The notes below the pieces were generated by a model, which was given only the letters and a program-made list of their open reading frames with translations, ran no database searches and had not been told where the DNA came from. This document shows positions 37,206 to 51,171 of a stretch of DNA of 64,000 nt, piece after piece. Source of the DNA: Octopus sinensis (Eukaryota); the NCBI RefSeq assembly GCF_006345805.1, contig NC_042997.1, positions 27,590,001 through 27,654,000 of the forward strand. Reading direction: 5' to 3'. The position numbers were made by a program, and so were the translations under genes. The number at the start of each line of letters is the position of its first letter. The first letter of the stretch is position 1.

Positions 37206-40200
37206 GTATGTATGTATGTGTGTGTGTAATATATATATATATATATACATATAAATATATATATATAAAATATATATACATCGATATACATTTTTAAATG
37301 AGGGGGAAAAATTTGATATTAATCTAATAATAATACCATCAATTTAACACCAAGTGGCTTAGCACATAAAAACCAAGGAAAAATACATCGATATACATAT
37401 ATCTATATTATATATGTATATGTGTGTATGTATGTATTATGTAAGTATGTATATATATGTGGTGATGGCTTCATGCAGGCAAATTTCTTTTAACAGTTTA
37501 ACACCACTTTTCTCGCGCTATAGTTTCTCTTTCAGTGACAGCAGTTACATTTGCCAGGTGCATTTACTAAGCAGTATAATTTCTTTGCCACTTCAACCTT
37601 CTAAGCTCTTCTAGGCCACCAAAAGCCAGAATAGAAATAACGGACCGTGATCGAAATCTACTGTTCTCAACAATGTCTGTCCTTCTGGCTGGTCTTGGAT
37701 AGTTATAAAAACAAGAACTCCGTAAGTCAAACTCAGTTAGTGAGAACCGAGTCTGGCTGACCGGCTGAACATAATGCCGTCTCTGAAGGAAAAGGTACAA
37801 AGGGACAACTATGGTAACTCACCAACGAAGCACTTTTTCCACCCCGCTACTCTCATTTTCATTAACTTATTTTCTTTTCTCTTTAACATTACCGTATCGT
37901 CCTAAATGCTACAATGAGATCATGTAAACACGTACTCATGCCGAAATTACTTTCTTTAACTTGCATGCTTTACAAACTGTGTTATACTATTTCACTAGCT
38001 TAGTAGACGTTCTACCATAATAGGCATCGATTACATTGGTGATCCCGATTAAAGAATGGCAACCTTTGCATGAAATGTCCCATCCATCTATTACGCTGGT
38101 GTCCTCCTCTAAAAACAATTGTTACTTTCTAATGCTACATGCCGCAGCATTTTGCTGAATTCGAACTAAACAACTATGGTCTTCATACCAACAGGCGCTA
38201 AACCAGAGGAAACGAATGACAACCTTTATCACCAGCAATTTGTAATCTTGTTCCACCTGTTACAGTAATCGTAACAGAAAACACTATGTTGCGATGCAAT
38301 CTACGATGCACTTCACAATTATGCAACACAGCCGACGCACAAAGAATTCGCTCACCATGGAAGCCAATAAATACATAATTTTGAGTTACATCCCCAGAAA
38401 CCAATTGGAAGAAAATACAGAAGCCCACACAATAAAACTTTTCGGCACACACACGCTTTTCGTCTCGTCCCAACGTACAGACCCTGCGTTGTCTACGAAC
38501 TTTTGCACGTATATAAGACTCTCATATAGAATCTCAGTAAGTCTTTTTCTTTGCATGCACATCTTTTTGCACTTTCAGCAGTAGACTTTCAACAAAGGAC
38601 ACTATTTTCAACTAAGTTTGCCACCTTTTCTTTACTCATTTCTGTACCGTTCATTTCTTTTGCTGCATCGCACAACGTTCATACATCTACCTGCATGCTA
38701 ACGCTGTCACATTTATGCACCATACCACACCATGCTTTTCTCGTTTGTTTTTCATGCTCCGTGAACCCTTGTAGACACAACTCTAGATCGGTCACGTATA
38801 GAAAGAGACCCTAGGTCGGTGTCGTATACATTGAGAAAGTTGTTTGTCCCTCACAACGAGCCAGCATGCCACACTTTTGCTCCTGCACGTTCAAAGCATT
38901 TAATACCTCATGCACTGGCTGTCATATTCAGTACTGCTCTTGATCACTGGCATATTCAACACTGTAAATTGCATTTGTAATCAATGAACTAGCTTTACTG
39001 TCTCATCATTGAGCACCCATTTGCACACACATACGCAACTCTATTATGCCTCTACTGCGTTGCTTTTCAACACGCCTGTGCAATCTCAACTCTTTTCCCG
39101 ACTCGATGCACGTCGGATGTTCAAATGCTGTTTAGACATAATTTCCCTCTGTTTGACCAATGTTTGCTCACGTAACGAATGGAGAAATTTACCTATCTCG
39201 CGATTTACTCCAGCATGCTACACTGTCGTTCTTACAAACTTCAGCAATTACCCACGACAACAGCACCAGACAGATTTCACTTCTGAAAAAACTTCAAGGC
39301 TTTTCATACATTACAATCCTGCAAGAAGATCTACGTTCTCATAGATTAAGAATACACTGACTAGCTCACCTGGGCTTATTTCACAGTGAAATTTCACAGG
39401 TGAACATCCGCTCATGTATACTCCCTCACCCACAGGCACGAGCAAACTGATCTTCCGTACTGCCCAGTTACTAACTGCACATTCTGACACGCAAAGCGTC
39501 ACCGCTATTCCGATTCATTTGAATAAATATACCGAGTACACGCCAATGATCCCCATCTCCATATATGCAACATTTTCCTTAACCATGCATTTCTTTTTCT
39601 TGTTCGATTCGTTTCCTTTTGTCGGAACCTCTCTGGAGGGGGAGTGATGTAGTGGTTTCATGCAGGCCTAGCGTGGATTCGAACTTCGAACGCCAAATTT
39701 CACTTAAAAGTTCAACAGCAATTTTCTCGCGGTAAAACTATAGTGTTTCTGTCACTGATAGCAGTTACTGTCACTGATAGCCAGATGCCTCCACAAAGCA
39801 AAATAATGTCTTTGACTCTTGACCCTTCAAACTCTTGTAGGCAATCAAAAGCTAGAATAGAGATAACAGATCACCAACGAAATCTATTTTCCTCAACAGT
39901 ATGTCTCTCCTTCTGGCTGGTTTGGGATAGTTATAAAAACAAGAACTCCGTAAGCCAAACTCAGTTAGTGAGAACCGAGTTTGGCTGACCGGCTGAACAG
40001 AATGCCGTCTCTGAAGGGAAAGGTACAAAGGAACAACTATAGTAACTCATCAACGAAGCACTTGTTCTGCCACAGCATTATCACTTTCACTAACTCACTT
40101 TCTTTTCTCTGTAACATTACCATATCTCTCTATATTATACTAGTATGAGATCATGTAGATACGTACGCATGCCGACATTAACTTTCTTTAACTTGCATGC

Positions 40201-40991
40201 TTTACGAACTGTGTTATACTATTACACTAGCATACGAGACATCTCACCATAACAGGCATCGATTACATATATATATATAAGAGGGTGATTTTATAGATTC
40301 GTTCAACCGTAGCGCAAAAATAAAATTAGGACAGCAGCTGGAAGTGCTCGGGTGTCACTGAGGCGAATGAAGAAATAAATTGAAAGGTATAATGTATAAA
40401 AACTCCAGTCGGTGAAAACAACTTTATATTATTTCCAAAGTATCAAAATTGAATATAAATATATATTAAAATAATAGGACATCCAATGGCAAAACCGAAC
40501 AGTATAAAATATATACATATACGCGAATAAAATGTGGTTAACATAAAAGGGTAATATGAGTGAAGTCGAATGAAGACAAATATGGAATGAATTCATGTAT
40601 AATAAAAGCGACCAAAAATTTAAAGCAATGGAGCTGATTAATATAAATAGAAATATTAAAAAATACACGAGTATAAATACAAACAAAAAAACAGAAATGA
40701 GACGTTTTCCTCTTAAATCCTTAAAAGTGTTTTAGCCCGAAGGCTGCGGTCATGATGAAAATGTGTTGCCGTAGGATTTCCTTAATGGAATATATATTAA
40801 GAATGTGAGGCAGCATTCTTTAAAACGATCTTAGAGATGGATTGAAATGCACTCTGTTCTGGTTTCCTTACACATTACATTTTATATTTTCAATCATGTA
40901 TTTTGATACAAGCTGGTACATGGAAGCTGCACGAACACCATCGCATATACGATTACACACAAAAGCACGCGGGCACGCGCTACCGTACATG

Positions 40992-41052
<61 letters not shown>

Positions 41053-41295
41053 TACAAAAATTACACGTAGGATAAGACACAAGGACACTAATCCTTCTTC
41101 ATTTATCGACCAAAAATACTAACACCCAGTTTCATGCCTTTAACGAAACTGAGTAATTGTATGTTTCCCATTCTTGTCCGTCCGTGGCTATTGAGTTGAT
41201 GGACGCTCATCTCTAGCGATCGAAGTGTTTCTTAGAGCTTTGTCACTTTCGAGACTACCTACACACACACACACACACACACATGTAGATAGATT

Positions 41296-41356
<61 letters not shown>

Positions 41357-41384
41357 ATAGGTCGGTAAATAGTTAGATAGATGG

Positions 41385-43322
41385 ATAACTTTCTTTTATT
41401 AGCCACACAGGGTTGAATACAGAGGGGACAAATACAAATGTAGAGCTTTTCTTTTCGAGGGTGGAAAAAAAAGGAAAATAAATGTAAGATTTCGATCAAA
41501 AGGGATCGAGAGGAGGTAAAAAAAAAAAAAAAAAGGAATCGTGTATCACAGAAACACTTTAAAAAAAAAAATTGATAAAACAAGATTGGGTTCATCCAAG
41601 GGAAGAAAAGCTTACAGAAAAGACCACGGGAACTACATGAGAGCAAAATGCTCTCTCTCTCTCTTTTACGATTCTGTCATGCTCAAAAAGGTTTCGTCAC
41701 TCGCACGCACCATCTTTGCTACATTCACCCATCTTTTTTTTTAATCTTTCGCGAGACAAAACTTCCCTCTCCATTCTCACCTTCCTTTTCAAATGGTACT
41801 TGAAAAAGTTGATGAGCGATTGGCCAGAGAGGTAAGTGTTTGTCTCTAATCCTTTCGCTCGGGTCCACCGCACACATTCTTTCACCATGGCCACCAGTAC
41901 GGTGAAAACTGCCTTGCCTTCCCGGTTGAGGGAAGGGGGTCGAGCAACTTACACGATAGACTCGGCCGATAGGCGGACTCGTCCCACACGTGACAGTAGC
42001 CGTCCGGCATAAGCCCACAGGTCTGAAATGGTTGGACATTGCACGAGTGCGTGCAGAACGGTTTCGTCGCTCTGACCCCATCTCGGGCAAGTCGGTCCAG
42101 TGTGTCTAGAACCGTGTCTGTAGAGCTTTTCCCGAACAGGTAATGCTTCTCGATAGCACTACCAGGCCAGGGAGCTTTGGTGACTGTTCATAGGTCCCGG
42201 CCCGAAATTTGTCCTGAACAGGCGGGTCAGGTGTTCCACGTCGACGCACAGACTCTGCCCGAGATCGTCGTCGCACCTCCCCTCCACTAATCCTCTATAG
42301 AATGCCTTTGTTGTGATGGAGTCGCACAAGTTTGATCCCCGACGGCAGAGTTGTTTGAGAGTAACGCGACACTCGCGGTGCCATTCGCCTAGCCTCGGTC
42401 TCTGCTTGATCCATGACTGCAGTTCGGCCAAGGAGACGAGCTGCGGGAAAGCGCGCCGCACAAAAGGTGACCACACCTGTTCACCGTTGTCTATGAAGCG
42501 CCGGAGATGTCGCAGTCTCAGCGCATGTCTGCGCATCATCAACCACGGCATGCCCAGCCCTCCATTTAGCGGGTGTTGACAGCAAATTGATCGCCAAACC
42601 ATCGGAACGCTTCCCTTCCACAAAAAAGTGGAAGAGTATGTGTTCCAGTTTGGTAATGGTAGGGTCAGGACAAGGTACAACGGTCAAACGGTAGTCGATG
42701 ACGGATGCGATCTATGCGTTCGCCACCTCCGCCCGACTTTTTAGGGATAGTTTACTCTCGGCCCATTGCTGGCTGAGAGTGGCCACTCTACTCGTTATCT
42801 CGCCGCAGTTTTTTTCTCCATTTACATTTCTGTACAAAACCAGACACCGAGAAATTCAACCGGTCCGTCTGTCCAGCGTACCACGATGGAGACGTTTTTG
42901 GACGGCATGGGATTGCTTCCCCAGGTACCTAGCCGCAAGCCAACTGACTTTTCCCGGTTAATTTTTGCTCCTGTTACCGCTTCGTATTCTTTTAGGGTCT
43001 CGTCGACCAAGTCGACATACCTATGTATCAGCACAATGACGGTGACATTGTCCGCGTATGCAGACACACTCCTCCCGCATCCCAGCTCTCGTGAGATGCC
43101 CCTCGGCGTCACCAGCTTCCGCAGTGGCGGCTCGTAAGTCAATACGTACACAAGCGAAGAGAGGGGCGTCCTAGAAGAACCGAACGCATGATGTTAAATG
43201 TTCTGGACAGATGACGATTTACGCGAAATACCGAGAGGATAACTCTGTATAAGGCAACGATCCAACCACGGAAAACTGGATCGAAACCAACCGCACTAAG
43301 AACAGCCTCAAGTAGCGATGGT
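41385..43322 (-). mobile_element. Tx1/L1-clade non-LTR retrotransposon, longest copy, with internal deletions
   Basis: RT motifs (FRGWIVALY, PLVYVL..EP.LRKL, SAYADNVTV, GLRLGTW), GGLGMP and the C-terminal domain. (GATA)n on both sides. Confidence 0.9.
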
Positions 43323-43324
43323 CT

Positions 43325-43367
<43 letters not shown>

Positions 43368-43368
43368 T

Positions 43369-43423
<55 letters not shown>

Positions 43424-43425
43424 TA

Positions 43426-44752
43426 CAGAGGTTTGACAAAATGATGGAAACACATAGCATCATAATTTTGAAAAAAAACTATATAACCGTCAAAATCTTG
43501 TTTATTTTTTTATTTACTATTAGTGTTTCTTAATATGTTTTGCTAAAATTGCTCTTTCTTTTCAGTTATCAATCACAAAATGTAATTAAAATTCATTAAA
43601 ATGACAGATCTATTGGACCTTCAAAGAGATCAAATCTTTGCTGTATGCTTTTACTCCACTCTAAACGCTTTGCAAAATTTGTTTTTTAAAGTAGTGGTTT
43701 CCAGATTGCAGCCCTCCCGTGGAATCAGGCATTATGCAGCTCCCGGCGATCTATTTTTGTGGAACCTGGGTTCTCGAGGTGGTCATTAAGCTCTGAAGTA
43801 ATTTTGGAAGCTGTACTTTTGTGATCCTTTCTCACAATTAGCGTTAGCCGCTAGCGTAACGAAAATAACCAAAATGTTTGGTGTATGAAGTCCAGTCTCG
43901 GAAAAAATTACAGCCTTAGAGAATGAGGAAGAAACCTCCTCGGCGAAACAAAATTCCGGAAGAAAACCAAAACTTTGAGATAGGGGCCGTCGGACACTAA
44001 CGCTAATTGTGAGAAAGGATCACAAAAGTACAGCTTCCAAAATTACTTCAGAGCTTAATGACCACCTCGAGAACCCAGGTTCCACAAAAATAGATCGCCG
44101 GGAGCTGCATAATGCCTGATTCCACGGGAGGGCTGCAATCTGGAAACCACTACTTTAAAAAACAAATTTTGCAAAGCGTTTAGAGTGGAGTAAAAACATA
44201 CAGAATTGGTCCCTAGAGTAGTGGAAGTATATTATTTTATCGGACGAGTCATCCCTTACCTTATTTCCGACCACCGGCCGAGAATACGGTTGCAGACAGG
44301 AAAAGAAGCATTTGACTCAGACTGCCTTCTTCCAACTTTTAAACATGGAGAAGGATCTGTGATGATATGGGGGGGGGGAGTATATCTTGGAAATCCACCA
44401 CCCCAATTGTTTCCCTTCATAGCAGAAGTAATAGTCAAGGCTATTTAAGCATTTTATCTGATCAAATTCATCCTATGGTTGCGAGACTGTTTCGGACTGA
44501 TACGCAATATTTCAGGATGATAAGGCATCAATTCACATACTCTCTTTTACTCTTTTACTTGTTTCAATCATTTGACTGTGGCCATGCCGGAGCACCGCAT
44601 TTAGTCGAGCAAATCAACCCCGGTACTTATTCTTTGTAAGTCCAATACTTATTCTATCGGTCTCTTTTTTGCCGAACCGCTAAGTGACGGGGACGTAAAC
44701 ACACCAGCATCAGTTGTCAAGCAATGTTAGGGGGACAAATACAGACACACAA

Positions 44753-44783
<31 letters not shown>

Positions 44784-45210
44784 CATATATACGACAGGCT
44801 TCTTTTAGTTTCCGTCTACCAAATCCACTCACAAGGCATTGGTCGGCCCGGGGCTATAGCAGTAGACACTTGCTCAAGATGCCACGCAGTGGGACTGAAC
44901 CCGGAACCATGTGTTTGGTTAGCAAGCTACTTACCACACAGCCACTCCTAGCTAAAATTGTTACTGAATGGCACGAGGAAGATTCAAGTGAACATCTTAT
45001 CTGGTCACCACAGTCCCCAGATCTTTTATGTTGCATTTTAGAAAAGCATGCAAGGATTCGGTATCCTCCACCATCATCACTACTAGAACTGGAGAGCGTT
45101 TATCTGAAGAATGGACAAAACTTAACTTTGGAAACAAATCAAACTTTGTACGAGTCCATCGCTCGTAGAATTCAAGCTATAATTACTGCCAAAGGCGCTC
45201 TACCCGTATT
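43426..45210 (+). mobile_element. Tc1-like transposon (unit B paralog of 12853-14101), rearranged
   Basis: Left TIR cagaggtttgacaaaa. Has an internal 207-bp inverted duplication and a SINE insertion at 44540-44948; the right TIR is lost. Confidence 0.85.
44540..44948 (-). mobile_element. tRNA-derived SINE (family 2) nested in Tc1
   Basis: Reverse complement of 32684-33088; absent from the unit A Tc1. Confidence 0.85.
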
Positions 45211-45502
45211 AAATAATATAGTATATTAAAAATAGAATGGAAAAGTACACAACACAATATTTTACTAAGAGCCCGTGTATTAAGACAACTCACCGCACGA
45301 CATCCGATTAACAGGTAAAAGAGGAAACAAATTATACGCTATGTCCTGGTTACTTCAAACGTTCTGCAATTTATGTAGGTCACGGTTAATTTGACTCAAT
45401 ATCAAATCCTTCAATTTACTGGAAGAGAATTCTGTAAATTTTTCTAGTTCCCCCTGTTTATATTTATAACTTTTTTTTCTTTTGCTTAAACTTTATGACA
45501 TA

Positions 45503-45538
45503 TGGTAATTCCACTGCCTCGAGTATTATGTATATAAG
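45503..45538 (+). promoter_or_regulatory. Candidate IL-17 B core promoter: TGGTAATTCC plus TATATAAG
   Basis: Conserved with 15691-15726. Confidence 0.5.
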
Positions 45539-45671
45539 GAATCTCAGAGTAGCTAATATCATCACAAGCGAATATCATTTTAAAACGATAACACGTACAA
45601 GCCTTGTTTGATAATATATACACATATAATAATATTGTCATTCTTTCGATTCCAAGTGACCAACCATTATA

Positions 45672-46182
45672 ATGAATACTACCAACGTAAGTAAACATAA
45701 ATTCTTAAAATTAACTGTTACATTTATATCTTTAGTCACATTTCTATGTTTACTCTCATATCATTCATGTTAAAATTTACCTTTATTCAAACGAGTGAAT
45801 CATTTTGCATCGAAATAGGAATATGAATTCATATAACTCCTTGAAAATCCATAAATGAGTAATAAAATACAGAAGAGAATCGAACCTCAAATCTCAAAAT
45901 ATTCTATATTCCATAAGTTATGTGTAAACCAACCATACGTAATTATTTACATTATTTACATTTGACGGATATTTATCATCATCTTGTTTGTTGTTAACAC
46001 TACGTTTCAGCTGATATATCCTCCAGCCTTCATCGGGTGTCTTGGGGAAATTTCGAACCTGGGTTCTCATTCCTAAGGTATTTTTTCCCCAATATTCCGA
46101 GTTCGATTCCAGGCTGTGACCAATATGAAGTAAATAATAATAATAATAATAATAATAGTAACAATAATAATAATAATAATAA

Positions 46183-46217
<35 letters not shown>

Positions 46218-46252
46218 AAAATAATAATAATAATAATAATAGTAGTAGTAGT

Positions 46253-46293
<41 letters not shown>

Positions 46294-48673
46294 ATAATAA
46301 TAATAATAATGCCATCGGAAAATACTTTAGGAATGAGAACCCAGGTTCGAAATTTCCCCAAGACACCCGATGAAGGCTGGAGGGTGTATCAGCCGAAACG
46401 TTGTGTTAACAACAAATAAGATGAGGATAAATATCCATAATAGGTGGCGAGCTGGCAGAAACGTTAGCACACCGGGCGAAATGCTTAGCGGTATTGCGTC
46501 TGTCGTTGCGTTCTGAGTTCAAATTCCGACGAGGTCGACTTTGCCTTTCATCCTTTCGGTGTCGATAAATTAAGTACCAGTTACGCACTGGGGTCGATGT
46601 AATCGACTTAATCCGTTTGTCTGTCCTTGTTTGTCCCCTCTATGTTTAGCCCTTTGTGGACAATAAAGAAACAGATAAATATCCGTCAAATGTAAATAAT
46701 GTAAATAATTATGAATGGTTGTTTTATCCATAACTTATGGAATATAGAATATTTTGAGATTTGAGGTTCGATTCTCTTCTGTATTTTATTACTCATCTGT
46801 GGATATTCAAGGAGTTATATGAATTCATATTACTGTTTCGATGCATGAATTTGTAAATCTACAATATATTTTTCGATCATGCTAACGATATCGATAGTGC
46901 TTTCAAATCTATTCCATATTTATTGTAGTCTAACGTAATCAGAACTAATTTTGCTAATCTTGAGATTATGATTTCTTCGATGTCCTAATTTACTTGAGAG
47001 AATTGCTTTATAAAATTATAACACATTTCAAGTTTTAGAATATTTCGATGATCACTTTCTATTTCTTACACAATCAGAAGTATTTTGCTACCATAGAGTC
47101 TATGATCTCTTCGATCTCCTAATTTACTTGAAATTATTGTTTTGGAAGAATTTGGGCCCAGAATTTGAAACCAGAAATTGAAGGCGGGCATGGTGCCGTC
47201 AAACATTCTGCCCAGGCGCGCAAGCAGTTCTACCGGCTCGCCACATTTAAGGAATTATAATTCATTGAAAAAAAAAAAATAATAAATAAATAAAAATTTA
47301 AATTTTTAAATTTTATTTAATTGAAGAATAAAAAATTTAAAAATTAAAAAAATAAAATTCATTGAAAACATTTTTAAATATAATAAATAAAAATACACAA
47401 ATTTCACAACTGGCTAAATCAATGACAACGACAAATTTATTGAGATTTTTTGGTCATCTGTGTTGTTCCTCTAAACATCAGATATCTCACAAATTGAAAT
47501 ATCGCAGTGTTTGATATCCTATACCTTTATCTCGATGTTTAAATGCAGAAAATAACGCGTTAACATAATAGGTTATTGTAAATATTCTCCACAATTGTTC
47601 AATTACTATTTTCTGCATTTCATTTTTACATCTCTTGCATTTAGACATAAACTGTTTGTCAAATTTCTTTGTTTACTGAGGAAATCCTATAAGTATCAGG
47701 CTAGGCCATCTCCAACTATTCTTATTATACTTCACATTTGTAACTTTCATGCTTCGGATACGAATATCAACAGGTGAGTCATTTCTGGTCGGAAGTATTT
47801 CGTTCATTAGTTTTCTCTCATAAAAATACACCTCTGTATTTTCCTTTCGAACCACACATGACAACGAGTGCCCTCTAATCTTTCATAAACACGTGTGAAA
47901 TCATACATGTGTGTGTGATTATGTGTATGTTTTTCTGTGTGTTTGTGTGTGAGTGTGTATAAGTGTGTGTGTGTGTATAAGTGTGTTCCTTTGTGTATAA
48001 GTCTGTGAGTCGGTGCGTGTTTTTGTGCGAGAGGGAGAGGGAATTTATGTGTGCTATTATATTATTCTTGATTTCTTTCATTCATTTAACTGTGGGTCAT
48101 ATTAAAGCGTAACTATTCATCTTAACATTTTATTTTACGCAGGTTCTCCTCCAGGTTGTAATCTTCCTCCTCACCAACGTCGTATTGTTCATATCCTCGG
48201 CGTCAATTCCGACTCAATGTAAAATACCAAACGATTTGAAAGTCCAATACGAGGAACTTTCCAGCGCAGCGATCGGCAATAACTTTTTCCTCCCAGCTGA
48301 AATGGCTCCAGCGGGAAGTGACCAGCAAGCACTGACTGTAGGAGATAAAACTTGCCCAACATCTTCCGTATCTACTGATATCATTCGCGAGCGTTCAACC
48401 TGCCCATGGTACCTGAAAATTACGCACAATTCCACATATTTTCCTTCATCACGCACTGAAGTCGTGTGTCGCTGCACAGACTGTCTGGACTCTGACAGTA
48501 ACCACCAATGTGTGATGGTTTATACTCCAATGACTGTCCTGAAACGTACAGCTCAATGCGTTGATGGACTGTACGTTTATAAACCAAGTGTCATCCATGT
48601 AGCCACAGCCTGTGTGTGTGCACGGAAGGTCGATGTAATATCAGGAGGAAATGATGATGAATATGAGTCGTAA
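45672..48673 (+). CDS. IL17: Interleukin-17-like cytokine, copy B; join(45672..45686,48143..48673), about 181 aa
   Basis: Exon 1 ATGAATACTACCAAC|GTAAGT. Acceptor ttttacgcag|GTT is in frame with ORF 48185-48673. Signal peptide plus RSTCPW, CRCTDC and ATACVC motifs; about 86% identical to copy A by hand count. Confidence 0.9.
45806..46845. repeat. About 1-kb imperfect palindrome in IL-17 B intron
   Basis: About 275-bp inverted arms (45806-46082; 46321-46845 minus a SINE at 46442-46674 with an ataaatatcc duplication) around a (TAA/TAG)n spacer. Confidence 0.85.
46442..46674 (+). mobile_element. SINE family 1 inserted in the right arm of the intronic palindrome
   Basis: Similar to 2162-2393; ataaatatcc duplicated on either side. 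Confidence 0.85.
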
Positions 48674-49606
48674 TATCGGCCAAAATCATCAAACATTCAA
48701 ATGTGTGTAACACAAAAGTTTTTCATAATGTTATGAAAGTTTAAGTAAACCACTGTGTGGTTGTTATACGAAACACCGCTATTTCTATCTTTCTCCCTAT
48801 CACTTTCTCTCTCTCTCTCTCTTTCTGTGTATACATACATACAAACACACACACACACACACACACACACAGACTCACACACATAGTCACAAACACAAAC
48901 ACGCACACACGCTCAAATACACACTCACGCACACACTTATATCATACAAATATAAATATATATGCGCATTTAAATATGTATATAAGTATATATTTCAAAC
49001 AGCATACATAAATACATACCTACGTACATACATGCATACATACATACATACATACAGGCATACATACATACATGCATACATACATACATACATACATACA
49101 TTCATACATACATACATGCATACATACATTATTACATGCATATATTGGCAAAAACTAGTTTTGTTTCTTATATGTTGTTCAGACATATTTGTTGTACATA
49201 ATTTTGCTTTTTTTCTATTTTGTAAACACTGAAGGGAACTCTTATCTTATTTACTATCATATTAATATCCCTTTTTTTATGCTTTTACATAAACCTATAT
49301 CATGCTTCTTTTTATATAAATATTTGAAACTGATAACTGGTATTGAATATGTTTACATATACGTTACATGTTCCTAACATTAAATACTCCGATCTCGATG
49401 GTTAATCCTCATTTTAAGAACCATCCATTCACACACGTTATCGTACTTTGCTAGCATTTTGTCGTATATATGAAAGCATAACTACGGAACATAATTGTAA
49501 TAATGAACAACACTTCATTCCATTTCAGTAAATTTTCAAGAACGTAGGTAAAATTTTCAATAGTGCATAAATGTGAAGTGGTGCATGTCTGACTATGTTT
49601 TGGTTT

Positions 49607-49638
<32 letters not shown>

Positions 49639-50249
49639 TGTATGTATGTATGTATGTATGTATGTATGTATATACACACTGAGAAAGAGAGAGAGAAATG
49701 TATAAAGTTAGGACATTTATTCACAAATTAATTCACAAATTTCTTCATGTATTAATTTAACTATGCAACGATTTATACTTATATGTTTTCGTTCAAATCG
49801 TTGCTCATCCTTTTACAAAATAATTTTATATTTACAAATTAATTCATATAGAGAAGCTAGCGTCCACGAAACTTTGACATGACACTCCCTTGTAATTGAT
49901 GATCACGTGAATGATAGACGAGTCGGTAAGGGAAGAGGACTGTGACAGACACAAGGTTCTTTGAATCCATATCCATATCAAATAGTTACTTAAACACTAG
50001 TGCTGAGTCCACCAGTAAATTCTCACTAATAATAACTTTTATGTAATATTTATATAAATATATACTTTTAACCGTTATATAAGTTTGAAACACAATATAT
50101 ATAAGTATATATATATATATATTATATGCGTATATTTGTATATATTTTAACATAATTTCTTATACGCGTGTGATCTGCAGTAGGCGTGAGTGCCTGTTTG
50201 TGTGTATGTGTATTTGCTGACACACAGATGCTCCACACTTGTGTGTGTG

Positions 50250-50292
<43 letters not shown>

Positions 50293-51171
50293 GGTGTATG
50301 TGTGTGTGTGTGTGACTGTAATGGAGGAAATGATATTTTTAGACAATGTATTATTTAAATTTTTCTATGTATATATTTAGAACTATGTTTATCATACAAA
50401 GAATGAGTGTAAGAGTGTTTAAATATATTTTTCTGTTGCTGTTCCATAATTCAAGACATGAACGATATATATTTTAATTTGTGTTATATGTTTATTTTAT
50501 TGTAAAAAAATTGGATCGTAATATCAATAAAAAGTGTATTTCATTACAAAACGTGTCCTTTCTTTTGTTCATATTTTCATTCTCTGATCTGAATAAAACC
50601 TGTAAATCTCCACTCACCGACTGCATGGACAGCTGAACACGAATAAATGCACTTAGCCCAGAATCTATGCAATTAAATTCAGTGAAGCAATTTTCCTCTC
50701 CCACAATGGAAGGAAGAGTACTTTTGATTTAATACTATCACCGTTTATACAGTTTGACCGCGTCTCTGTGACTATGAAACAGGCATATGAAGAGCGTCTC
50801 ATTTAATCCAGGTATAAATTTAAAGCTATTACCTCACTAGAACTACACAGTATATATTCACCTCTGATACGAACGAACTGAGTGAGACAAGAATTAAAGA
50901 AATACACGAAAGATCATTTTCAATTTGCTTCCTTGTTACGATAACAATATTTCAAGAGGGCTAAAACTCCATGAAAAATCTCAAATTCCACATTCTAGAG
51001 ATTATTTTCTCTGAGTTTGATAAGGAATAACACCATTTACAGGCTACCTACTAACTAATGAATTCCTTGTTATACTAACTAATGAATGGTAGTCTGAATG
51101 GGATAGTAACTCTGACGGTGGTCTCACCTGACACCCAACTTCCGCTTTTGGATCCACGAAACTGTTTACAT

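Noticed and set aside
47688-47779. TATA-like box, ATG and CAG|GTGAGT donor as exon 1 of IL-17 B
   Set aside because: The ATG gives a phase-1 exon while both usable acceptors are phase 0, and the segment is absent from unit A. It could at most be a non-coding alternative exon.
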